A stretch of 64,000 bases of DNA from a bacterium (lineage in GTDB: Bacteria; Pseudomonadota; Alphaproteobacteria; Rhizobiales; JAKIUO01): positions 1,434 to 65,433 of the forward strand of contig JAAETJ010001012.1 in the NCBI GenBank assembly GCA_024228495.1, written 5' to 3'. The position numbers and the translations under genes were made by a program. This document shows positions 59,170 to 64,000 of this stretch, in pieces (positions within the stretch are counted from its first letter, which is position 1; each line of letters opens with the position of its first letter). The notes under the pieces are model-generated. The model had not been told where the DNA came from. It ran no database searches and worked only from the letters and a program-made list of their open reading frames with translations.

Positions 59170-60486
59170 TTGACGCAAGACATCCCCCAGGCACCACAAG
59201 TTGCCGCGCACAGCCAAACGAGCGAGGACGATATTGCCGCGCTCATGCTTGATGTAGGGCGCAAGGCGCGCGCGGCCGCCAATACGCTGGCCATTACCAC
59301 AACGCAAAAAAAAAATGACGCGTTGCTGGCCGCAGCTACCGCGATCCATGATCAGGCTGATATCATACTTGCGGCCAATACCAAGGATCTCGAAACGGCT
59401 GCCTCGAACAATATGTCTGATGCACTGAAAGATCGCTTGATGCTCGATCACGATCGCATCAACGCGATGGCCACCGGTCTTGAAGCCATCGCAGCATTGG
59501 CCGATCCGGTTGGCGAGCTGATCGCCGAATGGCGCCGCCCCAACGGACTTGAAATTTCGCGCGTACGCACCCCGCTCGGCGTCATCGGCATTATTTATGA
59601 AAGCCGTCCCAATGTCACCGCCGACGCCGGCGCTTTGTGCCTGAAAGCTGGCAATGCCAGTATCTTGCGTGGTGGCTCGGACAGTTTTCATTCCAGCAAT
59701 GCCATTCATCAATGTTTGCTTGCCGGTCTGCAACATGCCGCCCTGCCCAGCGTCGCCATCCAGATGGTGCCAACCATTGATCGGGCCGCCGTCGGCGCAA
59801 TGCTCACCGGCCTTGAAGGCAATATGGATGTCATCGTGCCCCGTGGCGGTAAAAGCCTCGTGAGCCGTGTCCAGCAAGACGCGCGTGTGCCCGTATTCGC
59901 TCATCTCGAGGGTCTGGTCCACACCTATATCGATGTCTCCGCAGATCCTGACATGGCCCTTGCTATCGTCCTCAATGCCAAGATGCGCCGCACGGGCGTC
60001 TGCGGTGCCACCGAAACGTTGCTGATAGACCGTAATGGTGCCAAGGAACGACTGCTGCCCATCGTGACAGCTTTGCTCGATGCAGGATGCGAAGTGCGCG
60101 GCGATGAAACCGTCGGGCTCATAGATCAGCGGATCATCCCGGTTAAATTAAATGATTGGTCAACCGAGTATCTCGATGCGATCATTTCCATCAAATGCGT
60201 CGATGGCGTTGCGGGGGCCATAGCCCATATCGAGCGCTATAGCTCGCATCACACCGAATGTATCATTGCCGAGAACCCTGTCGCGGTGGCCACCTTCCTC
60301 AATGAAGTCGACAGCGCCATCGTCATGCATAACGCCTCGACCCAGTTCGCCGATGGCGGAGAATTTGGCATGGGCGCCGAAATCGGCATCGCCACAGGAC
60401 GCATGCACGCACGAGGCCCCATCGGCGTCGAACAGCTGACCTCGTTTAAATATGTGGTGCATGGTTCTGGGCAGGTAAGGCCATAG
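59170..60486 (+). CDS. proA: Gamma-glutamyl phosphate reductase
   Basis: [61 protein letters not shown]. Confidence 0.97.
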   Translation: MTQDIPQAPQVAAHSQTSEDDIAALMLDVGRKARAAANTLAITTTQKKNDALLAAATAIHDQADIILAANTKDLETAASNNMSDALKDRLMLDHDRINAMATGLEAIAALADPVGELIAEWRRPNGLEISRVRTPLGVIGIIYESRPNVTADAGALCLKAGNASILRGGSDSFHSSNAIHQCLLAGLQHAALPSVAIQMVPTIDRAAVGAMLTGLEGNMDVIVPRGGKSLVSRVQQDARVPVFAHLEGLVHTYIDVSADPDMALAIVLNAKMRRTGVCGATETLLIDRNGAKERLLPIVTALLDAGCEVRGDETVGLIDQRIIPVKLNDWSTEYLDAIISIKCVDGVAGAIAHIERYSSHHTECIIAENPVAVATFLNEVDSAIVMHNASTQFADGGEFGMGAEIGIATGRMHARGPIGVEQLTSFKYVVHGSGQVRP

Positions 60487-60514
60487 CTTTAAGAACAACT
60501 GGAAGGCTACCAGA

Positions 60515-60946
60515 TTGGGCAAGCAAGATAATCTTGAAGGTGGCTGTTTGTGCGGCGCTGTGCGATATGAAGTTGCAGAGCCGTTTAGCAATGTCGAAGT
60601 TTGCCATTGCTCGCAATGCGCGCGCTGGACGGGGCATTTGCTTTCCTCTTTCACAGTACAAAAGAACAAATTGACACTCGATGGAGACGAAAATATCGGC
60701 TGGTATCAATCAAGCGAACTGGCCAGACGGGGGTTTTGTAAAACCTGCGGATCAAGCCTGTTTTGGGAGCGTAACAACGCAACCAAAACCGATATTCTGG
60801 TCGGCTCACTGGACCGATCCTCCGACCAACCCACCGGCCTTAAAACAACGCGCCATATCTACGTCGCTGACAAGGGAGACTATTACGATATCGGTGATGG
60901 TGTCGTTCAGTTCCCGCAATATGGCAAGGACCCGGAGGAGGGGTAG
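60515..60946 (+). CDS. GFA/CENP-V family Zn-binding protein
   Basis: GGCLCGAVRY, CHCSQC, RGFCKTCGSSLFW, HIYVADK. Confidence 0.9.
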   Translation: MGKQDNLEGGCLCGAVRYEVAEPFSNVEVCHCSQCARWTGHLLSSFTVQKNKLTLDGDENIGWYQSSELARRGFCKTCGSSLFWERNNATKTDILVGSLDRSSDQPTGLKTTRHIYVADKGDYYDIGDGVVQFPQYGKDPEEG

Positions 60947-61230
60947 TCAGGATGTACGCTCACGCAGCCATTGCGCAAATGTTTTCTCGTTCATTTCGTT
61001 GGCCCCAAGGGTGATCACCATGCTGGTCGCTTCGACTTCGCTTCGACTTCGCTTGCGGTCAGATTGAGTCCATTTATGCCCAGAAAAGAATAAGCGGCCA
61101 AAAACCCTGTTCTCTTGTTGCCATCAACAAACGGATGATTTCAGACAATAGCTATCGTATAGGCCGCCGCCAGTGCGCACAAATCTGGTGCGGGATCTTC
61201 ATAAGCAAATAATTGCTGCGGACGGTCATC
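60947..61230 (-). pseudogene. Death-on-curing (Doc/Fic) toxin pseudogene
   Basis: RPQQLFAY...LAAAY...[11 protein letters not shown]; TGA at 61141-61143, 11-bp tandem duplication at 61028-61049 shifts the frame, N-terminus missing. Confidence 0.85.
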
Positions 61231-61246
61231 AGCCACCACCAGCAAT

Positions 61247-61294
61247 CCCTCATCCCACCCCTCTCCCCCATTTTTATTTTGGAGGGGAACGGGA
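61247..61294. repeat. Degenerate REP-like palindrome (same type as 33759-33807)
   Basis: CCCTCATCCCACCCCTCTCCCCCA...TGGAGGGGAACGGGA. Confidence 0.45.
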
Positions 61295-61319
61295 ACAAAA
61301 TGTGCCTCGATTGAGGCCG

Positions 61320-63140
61320 TTATGCGCTTTCTTCCATCGCCTCAAGCTCGTCTATCAAGCCTTCGATCATGGCGAGGCCCTTGCCCCAAAAGGCGGGATT
61401 GGACGCATCCAGCCCGAAGGGGGCGAGCAGTTCTTTGTGATGTTTGGAGCCACCGGCGCGCAGCATGTCGAAATATTTTTCGGCGAAGCCGTCTTCAGCG
61501 TTTTGATAGACCGCATAAAGGGAGTTCACGAGGCAATCGCCAAACGCGTAGGCGTAGACGTAAAAGGGCGAGTGGATAAAATGCGGGATATAGGACCAGT
61601 AGTTTTCATAGCCCTCATGCAGGCGAATATTGGGACCAAGGCTTTCTTCTTGCACGCTCATCCAAAGTTCGCCAATGCGCTCTGAGGTCAGTTCGCCTGA
61701 CTTGCGCTCCGTGTGCAATTTCCGCTCGAACGTATAAAATGCGATCTGGCGCACTACCGTATTGATCATATCCTCCACCTTACCAGCGATCATCACCTTG
61801 CGCTCGGTCGGTGATTTGGCCTTGTCGAGCAGGGCACGGAAGGTCAGCATTTCGCCAAACACAGAAGCGGTTTCTGCCAGGGTCAACGGTGTTTGGGCCA
61901 TCAGCGGTCCCTGCCCGGCAGCCAGCACCTGATGGACGCCATGGCCAAGCTCATGGGCGAGGGTCATCACATCACGTGGCTTGCCAAGATAGTTCAGCAA
62001 GATATAGGGATGTGCGCTGGGCACCGTGGGGTGCGAGAATGCACCCGGGGTCTTGCCTTTGCGCACCGGTGCATCGATCCAACCCTTGTCGAAAAACGGT
62101 TCCGCAATCTGCGCCATTTCGGAAGCAAAACCGTCATATGCACCAAGCACCGTTTCGCGCGCCTCCACCCAACTATAGACGCGGTTGCTATCCATTGGCA
62201 GCGGCGCATTGCGATCCCAGAAATCCAGTTTTTCCTCACCAAACCATTTGGCTTTCAAGGCATAATAGCGATGGCTTAGTCGCGGATAAGCATCCACCAC
62301 AGCGCTTTCGAGGGCATCCACCACTTCTTTTTCGACGCGATTCCCCAGATGGCGGCTATCAGCAATATCCTTGAAACCGCGCCAACGATTGGAAATCTCT
62401 ACATCTTTAGACAGCGTATTGGTGATAAGCGAAAACAGGCGGATATTTTCGCCCAGCACCTTAGAAATAGCAGCGGCTCCCTTGCAGCGTTTGTCACCGT
62501 CCGGGTCAGATAAAAGATTCAAAGCCGCCTCAAGTGCCAGCTGTTTACCATCTACTTCAAAGCGAAGGCTGGTCATTGTTTCATTGAACAAACGATTCCA
62601 GGCACCGCGTCCCGTGATTGATTTTTCGTGAAACAATTTTTCCAGTTCGTCGGACAACTGATAGGGTTTTTCCTTGCGCAGCTCATCAATCCACGGGCGA
62701 TAATGAGCAAGCTCTTTACGTTCAAGAGCCTCATCCATAACCGCATCATCAATGCGGTTAAATTCAAGCTCGAAAAACAACAGGCTATTATAAATATTGG
62801 TGAGCTTTTCTTGTGTATCACCGTAGAATTTTGCTGTTTCAGGGTCTTCATTATTGCCCGCATAAAGCAATCCGGCATAGGAACCGATGCGTCCGATCAA
62901 GTCTCCCATGGCTTCGTAGATGGCAATGACTTGCGCAAGTTTTTCGCCACCCTCAAATCCTGCTGCAATCTCTTCGAGCTTGCCCTGCCAATCCTCTTGA
63001 AAACTGATGGCGTCACTCGCAGCCTTTTCAAGATCACCTGTTAATTCTGGTGATTTGGTTCCAGGATAAAGGTCACTCAAATCCCATTCCGGCATCTCTC
63101 CCAAATCGATTTTCTGGTCAATCTTGGCGGCGTCACTCAT
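61320..63140 (-). CDS. pepF: Oligoendopeptidase F (M3B family)
   Basis: PEWDLSDLY, WDRNAP, GK..GAFSHPT, TLAHELGHGVH, LAETASVFGE, IPHFIHSPFYVYAYAFG; start ATG 63140. Confidence 0.95.
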   Translation of the reverse strand: MSDAAKIDQKIDLGEMPEWDLSDLYPGTKSPELTGDLEKAASDAISFQEDWQGKLEEIAAGFEGGEKLAQVIAIYEAMGDLIGRIGSYAGLLYAGNNEDPETAKFYGDTQEKLTNIYNSLLFFELEFNRIDDAVMDEALERKELAHYRPWIDELRKEKPYQLSDELEKLFHEKSITGRGAWNRLFNETMTSLRFEVDGKQLALEAALNLLSDPDGDKRCKGAAAISKVLGENIRLFSLITNTLSKDVEISNRWRGFKDIADSRHLGNRVEKEVVDALESAVVDAYPRLSHRYYALKAKWFGEEKLDFWDRNAPLPMDSNRVYSWVEARETVLGAYDGFASEMAQIAEPFFDKGWIDAPVRKGKTPGAFSHPTVPSAHPYILLNYLGKPRDVMTLAHELGHGVHQVLAAGQGPLMAQTPLTLAETASVFGEMLTFRALLDKAKSPTERKVMIAGKVEDMINTVVRQIAFYTFERKLHTERKSGELTSERIGELWMSVQEESLGPNIRLHEGYENYWSYIPHFIHSPFYVYAYAFGDCLVNSLYAVYQNAEDGFAEKYFDMLRAGGSKHHKELLAPFGLDASNPAFWGKGLAMIEGLIDELEAMEESA

Positions 63141-63786
63141 CTCATCAAATCCCTTCAAACGAATCCTTTTTTTCCATCGAGCTAATGTGCGTTGTTCGGG
63201 AGCCCACATCAAGTGTGCGGTAATCAAAATCTTACCCAGCTGGCATTTTTCGGCAAAGATAAAGTATTTCTCCCCCTGAGGATGACGGAAAAGATCAATG
63301 ATCACGATGCTACGATCAATCGATATCAATTTATGATCGGCATATAATTCTTGGGGTATGATCTAATAACATCAGAACCTATCTTTTTTTTCAGTCTATC
63401 AATATATGTCGCTGCCAGTTCAGGATTGACTGCTTTCTACAAGACATATGTCTCTTGCTCTTTTTAAGCCGCCATCTTGTCGTTCTTGTTTGCTTTGCTG
63501 CTCGTTGGACATCATCATGCATACTGGCATTTCCTTAAATAATTCCAGAAATCGGACTGCCGGTTACCGGCTGTTAACCAAAACTGTTCATGATAGATCT
63601 CAAATGTGCAGCTAAGTGCGTTTTCCCGGGGGTCCTGCACAGCCCATATAAATCCGGGACGCTGTAAGCTTCTTGTGAGTTGTCGCACAATTTGTCGAAA
63701 AACCAGTTTTCCTTTTCGGCCAATATCCTCGTTTTGGATGTGCTCAATGTTTGTTGTGGTGTTTGTTACCAGTTGAGATTTATGTA

Positions 63787-64000
63787 ATGTCCCAGTGTGT
63801 TCTGATTTGTGATGATGATCCCGTCCAGCGCCGTCTTTTGACCGAAACCATCAAGCGGTTTGGCTACAAGACCAAAGCAGCAGCCAGTGGCGATGAGGCC
63901 CTTTCCATTTTGGAGAGCAGTGCCGGTGAAAATATTTCCATTCTTTTGCTCGATCTTGTCATGCCCGAAATGGACGGCATGGAAGTGCTTGAACGCATGC
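63787..64000 (+). CDS. Sigma54-dependent response regulator, TacA-like (partial, runs off the window)
   Basis: MSQCVLICDDDPVQRRLL...LLDLVMPEMDG receiver domain; divergent from pepF as I recall for rhizobial tacA. Confidence 0.75.
   Translation, partial: MSQCVLICDDDPVQRRLLTETIKRFGYKTKAAASGDEALSILESSAGENISILLLDLVMPEMDGMEVLERM

Noticed and set aside
58936-59922. 328-aa antisense ORF over proA, and similar long shadow ORFs over ruvB, rph and htpG
   Set aside because: Antisense shadows of well-supported genes with no recognisable motifs.

Overview
Chromosomal window of an alphaproteobacterium, most likely Hyphomicrobiales. This is inferred from the rph/hrcA-grpE arrangement, the pepF/tacA divergon, DUF2794, ruvCAB-yebC and a CtrA-like box. 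Housekeeping genes (htpG, rph, hrcA, grpE, gluQ, glpDK, ppsA, lutABC, manC, ETF-QO, ruvABC, proA, pepF) are mixed with a strong sulfur-metabolism signature. (i) An operon for a family III CoA-transferase, a 3-sulfinopropanoyl-CoA desulfinase (AcdA-like) and an atypical ThDP enzyme. (ii) A sulfur globule envelope protein. (iii) aprM-aprB-aprA without an adjacent sat, followed by three accessory genes, one a 52-aa ORF missed by the ORF track. (iv) SqrR-type ATTC-N8-GAAT boxes. The most notable non-coding signal is a tandem pair of diverged, structurally conserved sRNA-like units at 8380-8872 with C-rich loops. One loop is perfectly complementary over 15 nt to the 5' region of a lipoprotein gene at 24760. 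Several gene remnants (RAYT/IS66 chimera, GST, ABC ATPase, Doc toxin, lipoprotein) and REP-like palindromes indicate past mobile-element activity. No rRNA, tRNA or CRISPR array was recognised. All protein calls come from motif recognition by eye, not database searches.
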